Below are positions 45,001 through 60,200 of a stretch of 64,000 bases of DNA, one piece after another. Below the pieces are notes generated by a model. The model worked only from the letters and a program-made list of their open reading frames with translations. It had not been told where the DNA came from and made no database searches. Positions within the stretch are counted from its first letter, which is position 1. Each line of letters starts with the position of its first letter. The DNA is from Eledone cirrhosa (lineage: Eukaryota): the NCBI GenBank assembly GCA_964016885.1, contig OZ024750.1:38378001-38442000 (forward strand). Direction: 5' to 3'. The position numbers and the translations under genes are program-made.

Positions 45001-48000
45001 ATACACTGTATGTGATGTACCATGAATATATAGCTAACCTGTACACTGTATGTGATGTACCATGAAGCTATGACTAACCTGTACACTGTATGTGATGTAC
45101 CATGAAGCTATGACTAACCTGTACACTCTATGTGATGTACCATGAAGCTATGGCTAACCTGTACACTGTATGTGATGTACCATGAAGCTATGGCTAACCT
45201 GTACACTGTATGTGATGTACCATGAAGCTATGGCTAACCTGTACACTGTATGTGATGTACCATGAAGCTATGGCTAACCTGTACACTGTATGTGATGTAC
45301 CATGAAGCTATGACTAACCTGTACACTGTATATGATGTACCATGAAGCTATGACTAACATGTACACTGTATGTGATGTACCATGAAGCTATGACTAACCT
45401 GTACACTGTATGTGATGTACCATGAAGCTATGGCTAACCTGTACACTGTATGTGATGTACCATGAAGCTATGGCTAACCTGTACACTGTATGTGATGTAC
45501 CATGAAGCTATGGCTAACCTGTACACTGTATGTGATGTAACATGAAGCTATGACTAACCTCTACACTGTATGTGATGTACCATGAAGCTATGACTAACCT
45601 GTACACTGTATGTGATGTACCATGAAGCTATAGCTAACCTATACACTGTATGTGATGTACCATGAAACTATGACTAACCTGTACACTCTATGTGATGTAC
45701 CATGAAGCTATGGCTAATCTGTACACTGTATGTGATGTAACATGAAGCTATAGCTAACCTGTACACTGTATGTGATGTACCATGAAGCTATGACTAACCT
45801 GTACACTGTATGTGATGTACCATGAAGCTATGACTAACCTGTACACTGTATGTGATGTACCATGAAGCTATGGCTAACCTGTACATTGTATGTGATGTAC
45901 CATGAAGCTATGGCTAACCTGTACACTGTATGTGATGTACCATGAAGCTATGGCTAACCTGTACACTGTATGTGATGTACCATGAAGCTATGGCTAACCT
46001 GTACACTGTATGTGATGTACCATGAAGCTATGACTAACCTGTACACTGTATATGATGTACCATGAAGCTATGACTAACATGTACACTGTATGCGATGTAC
46101 CATGAAGCTATGACTAACCTGTACACTGTATGTGATGTACCATGAAGCTATGACTAACCTGTACACTGTATGTGATGTACCATGAAGCTATGACTAACCT
46201 GTACACTGTATGTGATGTACCATGAAGCTATGACTAACCTATACACTGTATGTGATGTACCATGTAGCTATGACTAACATTTACACTGTATGTGATGTAC
46301 CATGAAGCTATGGCTAACCTGTACACTGTATGTGATGTACCATGAAGCTATGGCTAACCTGTACACTGTATGTGATGTACCATGAAGTTATGACTAACAT
46401 GTACACTGTATGTGATGTACCATGAAGCTATGACTAACCTGTACACTGTATGTGATGTACCATGAAGCTATGGATAACCTGTACACTGTATGTGATGTAC
46501 CATGAAGCTATGACTAACCTATACACTGTATGTGATGTACCATGAAGCTATGACTAACCTGTACACTGTATGTGATGTACCATGAAGCTATGACTAACCT
46601 GTACACTGTATGTGATGTACCATGAAGCTATGACTAACCTATACACTGTATGTGATGTACAATGAAGCTATGACTAACCCGTACACTGTATGTGATGTAC
46701 CATGAAGCTATGGTTAACCTGTACACTGTATGTGATGTACCATGAAGCTATGGCTAACCTGTACACTGTATGTGATGTACCATGAAGCTATGGCTAACCT
46801 GTACACTGTATGTCATGTACCATGAAGCTATGACTAACCTATACACTGTATGTGATGTACCATGAAGCTATGACTAACCTGTACACTGTATGTGATGTAC
46901 CATGAAGCTATGGCTAACCTGTACACTGTTTGTGATGTACCATGAAGCTATGGCTAACCTGTACACTGTATGTGATGTACCATGAAGTTATAGCTAACCT
47001 GTACACTGTATGTGATGTACCATGAAGCTATGACTAATCTGTACACTGTATGTGATGTACCATGAAGCTATAGCTAACCTGTACACTGTATGTGATGTAC
47101 CATGAAGCTATGACTAACCTGTACACTGTATGTGATGTACCATGAAGCTATGACTAACCTGTACACTGTATGTGATGTAACATGAAGCTATAGCTAACCT
47201 GTACACTGTATGTGATGTACCATGAAGCTATGACTAACCTATACACTGTATGTGATGTACCATGAATATATAGCTAACCTGTACACTGTATGTGATGTAC
47301 CATGAAGCTATGACTAACCTGTACACTGTATGTGATGTACCATGAAGCTATGACTAACCTGTACACTCTATGTAATGTACCATGAAGCTATGGCTAACCT
47401 GTACACTGTATGTGATGTACCATGAAGCTATGGCTAACCTGTACACTGTATGTGATGTACCATGAAGCTATGGCTAACCTGTACACTGTATGTGATGTAC
47501 CATGAAGCTATGGCTAACCTGTACACTGTATGTGATGTACCATGAAGCTATGTCTAACCTGTACACTGTATATGATGTACCATGAAGCTATGACTAACAT
47601 GTACACTGTATGCGATGTACCATGAAGCTATGACTAACCTGTACACTGTATGTGATGTACCATGAAGCTATGACTAACCTGTACACTGTATGTGATGTAC
47701 CATGAAGCTATGAGTAGCCTGTACACTGTATGTGATGTACCATGAAGCTATGACTAACCTATACACTGTATGTGATGTACCATGTAGCTATGACTAACCT
47801 TTACACTGTATGTGATGTACCATGAAGCTATGGCTAACCTGTACACTGTATGTGATGTACCATGAAGCTATGGCTAACCTGTACACTGTATGTGATGTAC
47901 CATGAAGTTATGACTAACATGTACACTGTATGTGATGTACCATGAAGCTATGACTAACCTGTACACTGTATGTGATGTACCATGAAGCTATGGATAACCT

Positions 48001-51000
48001 GTACACTGTATGTGATGTACCATGAAGCTATGACTAACCTATACACTCTATGTGATGTACCATGAAGCTATGACTAACCTGTACACTGTATGTGATGTAC
48101 CATGAAGCTATGACTAACCTATACACTCTATGTGATGTACCATGAAGCTATGACTAACCTGTACACTGTATGTGATGTACCATGAAGCTATGGCTAACCT
48201 GTACACTCTATGTGATGTACCATGAAGCTATGACTAAACTATACACTGTATGTGATGTACCATGAAGCTATGGCTAACCTGTACACTGTATGTGATGTAC
48301 CATGAAGCTATGACTAACCTGTACACTGTATGTGATGTACCATGAAGCTATGGATAACCTGTACACTGTATGTGATGTAACATGAAGCTATGACTAACCT
48401 GTACACTCTATGTGATGTACCATGAAGCTATCACTAACCTGTACACTGTATGTGATGTACCATGAAGCTATGGCTAACCTGTACACTGTATGTGATGTAC
48501 CATGAAGCTATGACTAACCTGTACACTGTATGTGATGTACCATGAAGCTATGGATAACCTGTACACTGTATGTGATGTACCATGAAGCTATGACTAACCT
48601 ATACACTCTATGTGATGTACCATGAAGCTATGACTAACCTATACACTGTATGTGATGTACCATGAATATATAGCTAACCTGTACACTGTATGTGATGTAC
48701 CATGAAGCTATGACTAACCTGTACACTGTATGTGATGTACCATGAAGCTATGACTAACCTGTACACACTATGTGATGTACCATGAAGCTATGGCTAACCT
48801 GTACACTGTATGTGATGTACCATGAAGCTATGGCTAACCTGTACACTGTATGTGATGTACCATGAAGCTATGGCTAACCTGTACACTGTATGTGATGTAC
48901 CATGAAGCTATGGCTAACCTGTACACTGTATGTGATGTACCATGAAGCTATGACTAACCTGTACACTGTATATGATGTACCATGAAGCTATGACTAACAT
49001 GTACACTGTATGTGATGTACCATGAAGCTATGACTAACCTGTACACTGTATGTGATGTACCATGAAGCTATGGCTAACCTGTACACTGTATGTGATGTAC
49101 CATGAAGCTATGGCTAACCTGTACACTGTATGTGATGTACCATGAAGCTATGGCTAACCTGTACACTGTATGTGATGTAACATGAAGCTATGACTAACCT
49201 CTACACTGTATGTGATGTACCATGAAGCTATGACTAACCTGTACACTGTATGTGATGTACCATGAAGCTATAGCTAACCTATACACTGTATGTGATGTAC
49301 CATGAAACTATGACTAACCTGTACACTCTATGTGATGTACCATGAAGCTATGGCTAATCTGTACACTGTATGTGATGTAACATGAAGCTATAGCTAACCT
49401 GTACACTGTATGTGATGTACCATGAAGCTATGACTAACCTGTACACTGTATGTGATGTACCATGAAGCTATGACTAACCTGTACACTGTATGTGATGTAC
49501 CATGAAGCTATGGCTAACCTGTACATTGTATGTGATGTACCATGAAGCTATGGCTAACCTGTACACTGTATGTGATGTACCATGAAGCTATGGCTAACCT
49601 GTACACTGTATGTGATGTACCATGAAGCTATGGCTAACCTGTACACTGTATGTGATGTACCATGAAGCTATGACTAACCTGTACACTGTATATGATGTAC
49701 CATGAAGCTATGACTAACATGTACACTGTATGCGATGTACCATGAAGCTATGACTAACCTGTACACTGTATGTGATGTACCATGAAGCTATGACTAACCT
49801 GTACACTGTATGTGATGTACCATGAAGCTATGACTAACCTGTACACTGTATGTGATGTACCATGAAGCTATGACTAACCTATACACTGTATGTGATGTAC
49901 CATGTAGCTATGACTAACATTTACACTGTATGTGATGTACCATGAAGCTATGGCTAACCTGTACACTGTATGTGATGTACCATGAAGCTATGGCTAACCT
50001 GTACACTGTATGTGATGTACCATGAAGTTATGACTAACATGTACACTGTATGTGATGTACCATGAAGCTATGACTAACCTGTACACTGTATGTGATGTAC
50101 CATGAAGCTATGGATAACCTGTACACTGTATGTGATGTACCATGAAGCTATGACTAACCTATACACTGTATGTGATGTACCATGAAGCTATGACTAACCT
50201 GTACACTGTATGTGATGTACCATGAAGCTATGACTAACCTGTACACTGTATGTGATGTACCATGAAGCTATGACTAACCTATACACTGTATGTGATGTAC
50301 AATGAAGCTATGACTAACCCGTACACTGTATGTGATGTACCATGAAGCTATGGTTAACCTGTACACTGTATGTGATGTACCATGAAGCTATGGCTAACCT
50401 GTACACTGTATGTGATGTACCATGAAGCTATGGCTAACCTGTACACTGTATGTCATGTACCATGAAGCTATGACTAACCTATACACTGTATGTGATGTAC
50501 CATGAAGCTATGACTAACCTGTACACTGTATGTGATGTACCATGAAGCTATGGCTAACCTGTACACTGTTTGTGATGTACCATGAAGCTATGGCTAACCT
50601 GTACACTGTATGTGATGTACCATGAAGTTATAGCTAACCTGTACACTGTATGTGATGTACCATGAAGCTATGACTAATCTGTACACTGTATGTGATGTAC
50701 CATGAAGCTATAGCTAACCTGTACACTGTATGTGATGTACCATGAAGCTATGACTAACCTGTACACTGTATGTGATGTACCATGAAGCTATGACTAACCT
50801 GTACACTGTATGTGATGTAACATGAAGCTATAGCTAACCTGTACACTGTATGTGATGTACCATGAAGCTATGACTAACCTATACACTGTATGTGATGTAC
50901 CATGAATATATAGCTAACCTGTACACTGTATGTGATGTACCATGAAGCTATGACTAACCTCTACACTGTATGTGATGTACCATGAAGCTATGACTAACCT

Positions 51001-51900
51001 GTACACTCTATGTAATGTACCATGAAGCTATGGCTAACCTGTACACTGTATGTGATGTACCATGAAGCTATGGCTAACCTGTACACTGTATGTGATGTAC
51101 CATGAAGCTATGGCTAACCTGTACACTGTATGTGATGTACCATGAAGCTATGGCTAACCTGTACACTGTATGTGATGTACCATGAAGCTATGTCTAACCT
51201 GTACACTGTATATGATGTACCATGAAGCTATGACTAACATGTACACTGTATGCGATGTACCATGAAGCTATGACTAACCTGTACACTGTATGTGATGTAC
51301 CATGAAGCTATGACTAACCTGTACACTGTATGTGATGTACCATGAAGCTATGAGTAGCCTGTACACTGTATGTGATGTACCATGAAGCTATGACTAACCT
51401 ATACACTGTATGTGATGTACCATGTAGCTATGACTAACCTTTACACTGTATGTGATGTACCATGAAGCTATGGCTAACCTGTACACTGTATGTGATGTAC
51501 CATGAAGCTATGGCTAACCTGTACACTGTATGTGATGTACCATGAAGTTATGACTAACATGTACACTGTATGTGATGTACCATGAAGCTATGACTAACCT
51601 GTACACTGTATGTGATGTACCATGAAGCTATGGATAACCTGTACACTGTATGTGATGTACCATGAAGCTATGACTAACCTATACACTCTATGTGATGTAC
51701 CATGAAGCTATGACTAACCTGTACACTGTATGTGATGTACCATGAAGCTATGACTAACCTATACACTCTATGTGATGTACCATGAAGCTATGACTAACCT
51801 GTACACTGTATGTGATGTACCATGAAGCTATGGCTAACCTGTACACTCTATGTGATGTACCATGAAGCTATGACTAAACTATACACTGTATGTGATGTAC
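45001..51900. repeat. Duplication with 3,640-bp (91-monomer) offset; copies ~45001-48260 and ~48641-51900
   Basis: gtacattgta 45881/49521, tgtaatgtac 47371/51011, tgagtagcct 47711/51351, catgaatata 45021/48661. Confidence 0.9.
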
Positions 51901-54900
51901 CATGCAGCTATGACTAACCTGTACACTGTTTGTGATGTACCATGAAGCTATGGCTAACATGTACACTGTATGTGATGTACCTTGAAGCTATGGCTACCCT
52001 GTACACTGTATGTGATGTACCATGAAGTTATAGCTAACCTGTACACTGTATGTGATGAACTATGAAGCTATGACTAATCTGTACACTGTATGTGATATAC
52101 CATGAAGCTATGACTAATCTGTACACTGTATGTGATGTAACATGAAGCTATAACTAACCTGTACACTGTATGTGATGTACCATGAAGCTATTACTAACCT
52201 ATACACTGTATGTGATGTACCATGAAGCTATAGCTAACCTGTACACTGTATGTGATGTACCATGAAGTTATAGCTAACCTGTACACTGTATGTGATGTAC
52301 CATGAAGCTATGACTAATCTGTACACTGTATGTGATGTACCATGAAGCTATAGCTAACCTGTACACTGTATGTGATGTAACATGAAGCTATAGCTAACCT
52401 GTACACTGTATGTGATGTACCATGAAGCTATGACTAACCTGTACACTGTATGTGATGTACCATGAAGCTATAGCTAACCTATACACTGTATGTGATGTAC
52501 CATGAAGCTATGACAAACCGGTACACTGTATGTGATGTACCATGAAGCTATGACTAACCTATACACTGTATGTGATGTACCATGAAGCTATGACTAACCT
52601 GTACACTGTATGTGATGTACCATGAAGCTATGACTAACCTGTACACTCTATGTGATGTACCATGAAGCTATGACTAACCTGTACACTGTATGTGATGTAC
52701 CATGAAGCTATGACTAACCTATACACTGTATGTGATGTACCATGAAGCTATGACTAACCTGTACACTGTATGTGATGTACCATGAAGCTATGGCTAACCT
52801 GTACACTGTATGTGATGTACCATGAAGCTATGGCTAACCTGTACACTGTATGTGATGTACCATGAAGTTATAGCTAACCTGTACACTGTATGTGATGTAC
52901 CATGAAGCTATGACTAATCTGTACACTGTATGTGATGTACCATGAAGCTATAGCTAACCTGTACACTGTATGTGATGTACCATGAAGCTATGACTAACCT
53001 GTACACTGTATGTGATGTACCATGAAGCTATGACTAACCTGTACACTGTATGTGATGTAACATGAAGCTATAGCTAACCTGTACACTGTATGTGATGTAC
53101 CATGAAGCTATGACTAACCTATACACTGTATGTGATGTACCATGAATATATAGCTAACCTGTACACTGTATGTGATGTACCATGAAGCTATGACTAACCT
53201 GTACACTGTATGTGATGTACCATGAAGCTATGACTAACCTGTACACTCTATGTGATGTACCATGAAGCTATGGCTAACCTGTACACTGTATGTGATGTAC
53301 CATGAAGCTATGGCTAACCTGTACACTGTATGTGATGTACCATGAAGCTATGGCTAACCTGTACACTGTATGTGATGTACCATGAAGCTATGGCTAACCT
53401 GTACACTGTATGTGATGTACCATGAAGCTATGACTAACCTGTACACTGTATATGATGTACCATGAAGCTATGACTAACATGTACACTGTATGTGATGTAC
53501 CATGAAGCTATGACTAACCTGTACACTGTATGTGATGTACCATGAAGCTATGGCTAACCTGTACACTGTATGTGATGTACCATGAAGCTATGGCTAACCT
53601 GTACACTGTATGTGATGTACCATGAAGCTATGGCTAACCTGTACACTGTATGTGATGTAACATGAAGCTATGACTAACCTCTACACTGTATGTGATGTAC
53701 CATGAAGCTATGACTAACCTGTACACTGTATGTGATGTACCATGAAGCTATAGCTAACCTATACACTGTATGTGATGTACCATGAAACTATGACTAACCT
53801 GTACACTGTATGTGATGTACCATGAAGCTATGGCTAATCTGTACACTGTATGTGATGTAACATGAAGCTATAGCTAACCTGTACACTGTATGTGATGTAC
53901 CATGAAGCTATGACTAACCTGTACACTGTATGTGATGTACCATGAAGCTATGACTAACCTGTACACTGTATGTGATGTACCATGAAGCTATGGCTAACCT
54001 GTACACTGTATGTGATGTACCATGAAGCTATGGCTAACCTGTACACTGTATGTGATGTACCATGAAGCTATGGCTAACGTGTACACTGTATGTGATGTAC
54101 CATGAAGCTATGGCTAACCTGTACACTGTATGTGATGTACCATGAAGCTATGACTAACCTGTACACTGTATATGATGTACCATGAAGCTATGACTAACAT
54201 GTACACTGTATGCGATGTACCATGAAGCTATGACTAACCTGTACACTGTATGTGATGTACCATGAAGCTATGACTAACCTGTACACTGTATGTGATGTAC
54301 CATGAAGCTATGACTAACCTGTACACTGTATGTGATGTACCATGAAGCTATGACTAACCTATACACTGTATGTGATGTACCATGTAGCTATGACTAACAT
54401 TTACACTGTATGTGATGTACCATGAAGCTATGGCTAACCTGTACACTGTATGTGATGTACCATGAAGCTATGGCTAACCTGTACACTGTATGTGATGTAC
54501 CATGAAGTTATGACTAACATGTACACTGTATGTGATGTACCATGAAGCTATGACTAACCTGTACACTGTATGTGATGTACCATGAAGCTATGGATAACCT
54601 GTACACTGTATGTGATGTACCATGAAGCTATGACTAACCTATACACTGTATGTGATGTACCATGAAGCTATGACTAACCTGTACACTGTATGTGATGTAC
54701 CATGAAGCTATGACTAACCTGTACACTGTATGTGATGTACCATGAAGCTATGACTAACCTATACACTGTATGTGATGTACAATGAAGCTATGACTAACCC
54801 GTACACTGTATGTGATGTACCATGAAGCTATGGTTAGCCTGTACACTGTATGTGATGTACCATGAAGCTATGGCTAACCTGTACACTGTATGTGATGTAC

Positions 54901-56640
54901 CATGAAGCTATGGCTAACCTGTACACTGTATGTGATGTACCATGAAGCTATGTCTAACCTGTACACTGTATGTCATGTACCATGAAGCTATGACTAACCT
55001 ATACACTGTATGTGATGTACCATGAAGCTATGACTAACCTGTACACTGTATGTGATGTACCATGAAGCTATGGCTAACCTGTACACTGTTTGTGATGTAC
55101 CATGAAGCTATGGCTAACCTGTACACTGTATGTGATGTACCATGATGTTATAGCTAACCTGTACACTGTATGTGATGTACCATGAAGCTATGACTAATCT
55201 GTACACTGTATGTGATGTACCATGAAGCTATAGCTAACCTGTACACTGTATGTGATGTACCATGAAGCTATGACTAACCTGTACACTGTATGTGATGTAC
55301 CATGAAGCTATGACTAACCTGTACACTGTATGTGATGTAACATGAAGCTATAGCTAACCTGTACACTGTATGTGATGTACCATGAAGCTATGACTAACCT
55401 ATACACTGTATGTGATGTACCATGAATATATAGCTAACCTGTACACTGTATGTGATGTACCATGAAGCTATGACTAACCTGTACACTGTATGTGATGTAC
55501 CATGAAGCTATGACTAACCTGTACACTCTATGTGATGTACCATGAAGCTATGGCTAACCTGTACACTGTATGTGATGTACCATGAAGCTATGGCTAACCT
55601 GTACACTGTATGTGATGTACCATGAAGCTATGGCTAACCTGTACACTGTATGTGATGTACCATGAAGCTATGGCTAACCTGTACACTGTATGTGATGTAC
55701 CATGAAGCTATGTCTAACCTGTACACTGTATATGATGTACCATGAATCTATGACTAACATGTACACTGTATGCGATGTACCATGAAGCTATGACTAACCT
55801 GTACACTGTATGTGATGTACCATGAAGCTATGACTAACCTGTACACTGTATGTGATGTACCATGAAGCTATGACTAGCCTGTACACTGTATGTGATGTAC
55901 CATGAAGCTATGACTAACCTATACACTGTATGTGATGTACCATGTAGCTATGACTAACCTTTACACTGTATGTGATGTACCATGAAGCTATGGCTAACTT
56001 GTACACTGTATGTGATGTACCATGAAGCTATGGCTAACCTGTACACTGTATGTGATGTACCATGAAGTTATGACTAACCTGTACACTGTATGTGATGTAC
56101 CATGAAGCTATGACTAACCTATACACTGTATGTGATGTACCATGAAGCTATGACTAACCTGTACACTGTATGTGATGTACCATGAAGCTATGGCTAACCT
56201 GTACACTCTATGTGATGTACCATGAAGCTATGACTAAACTATACACTGTATGTGATGTACCATGCAGCTATGACTAACCTGTACACTGTTTGTGATGTAC
56301 CATGAAGCTATGGCTAACATGTACACTGTATGTGATGTACCTTGAAGCTATTGCTACCCTGTACACTGTATGTGATGTACCATGAAGTTATAGCTAACCT
56401 GTACACTGTATGTGATGTACTATGAAGCTATGACTAATCTGTAGACTGTATGTGATGTACCATGAAGCTATGACTAATCTGTACACTGTATGTGATGTAA
56501 CATGAAGCTATAGCTAACCTGTACACTGTATGTGATGTACCATGAAGCTATGACTAACCTATACACTGTATGTGATGTACCATGAAACTAGTGCTAACAT
56601 GTACACTGTATGTGATGTACCATGAAGTTATAGCTAACCT

Positions 56641-59600
56641 GTACACTGTATGTGATGTACCATGAAGCTATGACTAATCTGTACACTGTATGTGATGTAC
56701 CATGAAGCTATAGCTAACCTGTACACTGTATGTGATGTACCATGAAGCTATGGCTAACCTGTACACTGTATGTGATGTACCATGAAGCTATGGCTAACCT
56801 GTACACTGTATGTGATGTACCATGAAGCTATGACTAATCTGTACACTGTATGTGATATACCATGAAGCTATGACTAATCTGTACACTGTATGTGATGTAA
56901 CATGAAGCTATAACTAACCTGTACACTGTATGTGATGTACCATGAAGCTATGACTAACCTATACACTGTATGTGATGTACCATGAAGCTATAGCTAACCT
57001 GTACACTGTATGTGATGTACCATGAAGCTATGACTAATCTGTACACTGTATGTGATGTACCATGAAGCTATAGCTAACCTGTACACTGTATGTGATGTAA
57101 CATGAAGCTATAGCTAACCTGTACACTGTATGTGATGTACCATGAAGCTATGACTAACCTGTACACTGTATGTGATGTACCATGAAGCTATAGCTAACCT
57201 ATACACTGTATGTGATGTACCATGAAGCTATGACAAACCTGTACACTGTATGTGATGTACCATGAAGCTATGACTAACCTATACACTGTATGTGATGTAC
57301 CATGAAGCTATGACTAACCTGTACACTGTATGTGATATACCATGAAGCTATGACTAACCTGTACACTCTATGTGATGTACCATGAAGCTATGACTAACCT
57401 GTACACTGTATGTGATGTACCATGAAGCTATGACTAACCTATACACTGTATGTGATGTACCATGAAGCTATGACTAACCTGTACACTGTATGCGATGTAC
57501 CATGAAGCTATGGCTAACCTGTACACTGTATGTGATGTACCATGAAGCTATGGCTAACCTGTACACTGTATGTGATGTACCATGAAGTTATAGTTAACCT
57601 GTACACTGTATGTGATGTACCATGAAGCTATAACTAATCTGTACACTGTATGTGATGTACCATGAAGCTATAGCTAACCTGTACACTGTATGTGATGTAC
57701 CATGAAGCTATGACTAACCTGTACACTGTATGTGATGTACCATGAAGCTATGACTAACCTGTACACTGTATGTGATGTAACATGAAGCTATAGCTAACCT
57801 GTACACTCTATGTGATGTACCATGAAGCTATGACTAACCTATACACTGTATGTGATGTACCATGAATATATAGCTAACCTGTACACTGTATGTGATGTAC
57901 CATGAAGCTATGACTAACCTGTACACTGTATGTGATGTACCATGAAGCTATGACTAACCTGTACACTCTATGTGATGTACCATGAAGCTATGGCTAACCT
58001 GTACACTGTATGTGATGTACCATGAAGCTATGGCTAACCTGTACACTGTATGTGATGTACCATGCAGCTATGGCTAACCTGTACACTGTATGTGATGTAC
58101 CATGAAGCTATGGCTAACCTGTACACTGTATGTGATGTACCATGAAGCTATGACTAACCTGTACACTGTATATGATGTACCATGAAGCTATGACTAACAT
58201 GTACACTGTATGTGATGTACCATGAAGCTATGACTAACCTGTACACTGTATGTGATGTACCATGAAGCTATGGCTAACCTGTACACTGTATGTGATGTAC
58301 CATGAAGCTATGGCTAACCTGTACACTGTATGTGATGTACCATGAAGCTATGGCTAACCTGTACACTGTATGTGATGTAACATGAAGCTATGACTAACCT
58401 CTACACTGTATGTGATGTACCATGAAGCTATGACTAACCTGTACACTGTATGTGATGTACCATGAAGCTATGGCTAACCTGTACACTGTATGTGATGTAC
58501 CATGAAGCTATGGCTAACCTGTACACTGTATGTGATGTACCATGAAGCTATGACTAATCTGTACACTGTATGTGATGTACCATGAAGCTATAGCTAACCT
58601 GTACACTGTATGTGATGTACCATGAAGCTATGGCTAACCTGTACACTGTATGTGATGTACCATGAAGCTATGGCTAACCTGTACACTGTATGTGATGTAC
58701 CATGAAGCTATGACTAATCTGTACACTGTATGTGATATACCATGAAGCTATGACTAATCTGTACACTGTATGTGATGTAACATGAAGCTATAACTAACCT
58801 GTACACTGTATGTGATGTACCATGAAGCTATGACTAACCTATACACTGTATGTGATGTACCATGAAGCTATAGCTAACCTGTACACTGTATGTGATGTAC
58901 CATGAAGCTATGACTAATCTGTACACTGTATGTGATGTACCATGAAGCTATAGCTAACCTGTACACTGTATGTGATGTAACATGAAGCTATAGCTAACCT
59001 GTACACTGTATGTGATGTACCATGAAGCTATGACTAACCTGTACACTGTATGTGATGTACCATGAAGCTATAGCTAACCTATACACTGTATGTGATGTAC
59101 CATGAAGCTATGACAAACCTGTACACTGTATGTGATGTACCATGAAGCTATGACTAACCTATACACTGTATGTGATGTACCATGAAGCTATGACTAACCT
59201 GTACACTGTATGTGATATACCATGAAGCTATGACTAACCTGTACACTCTATGTGATGTACCATGAAGCTATGACTAACCTGTACACTGTATGTGATGTAC
59301 CATGAAGCTATGACTAACCTATACACTGTATGTGATGTACCATGAAGCTATGACTAACCTGTACACTGTATGCGATGTACCATGAAGCTATGGCTAACCT
59401 GTACACTGTATGTGATGTACCATGAAGCTATGGCTAACCTGTACACTGTATGTGATGTACCATGAAGTTATAGTTAACCTGTACACTGTATGTGATGTAC
59501 CATGAAGCTATGACTAATCTGTACACTGTATGTGATGTACCATGAAGCTATAGCTAACCTGTACACTGTATGTGATGTACCATGAAGCTATGACTAACCT

Positions 59601-60200
59601 GTACACTGTATGTGATGTACCATGAAGCTATGACTAACCTGTACACTGTATGTGATGTAACATGAAGCTATAGCTAACCCGTACACTCTATGTGATGTAC
59701 CATGAAGCTATGACTAACCTATACACTGTATGTGATGTACCATGAATATATAGCTAACCTGTACACTGTATGTGATGTACCATGAAGCTATGACTAACCT
59801 GTACACTGTATGTGATGTACCATGAAGCTATGACTAACCTGTACACTCTATGTGATGTACCATGAAGCTATGGCTAACCTGTACACTGTATGTGATGTAC
59901 CATGAAGCTATGGCTAACCTGTACACTGTATGTGATGTACCATGCAGCTATGGCTAACCTGTACACTGTATGTGATGTACCATGAAGCTATGGCTAACCT
60001 GTACACTGTATGTGATGTACCATGAAGCTATGACTAACCTGTACACTGTATATGATGTACCATGAAGCTATGACTAACATGTACACTGTATGTGATGTAC
60101 CATGAAGCTATGACTAACCTGTACACTGTATGTGATGTACCATGAAGCTATGGCTAACCTGTACACTGTATGTGATGTACCATGAAGCTATGGCTAACCT
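56641..60200. repeat. Tandem duplication, period 1,880 bp (47 monomers)
   Basis: tgtgatatac 56851/58731 and 57331/59211, tgcgatgtac 57491/59371, tagttaacct 57591/59471, catgcagcta 58061/59941. Confidence 0.9.
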
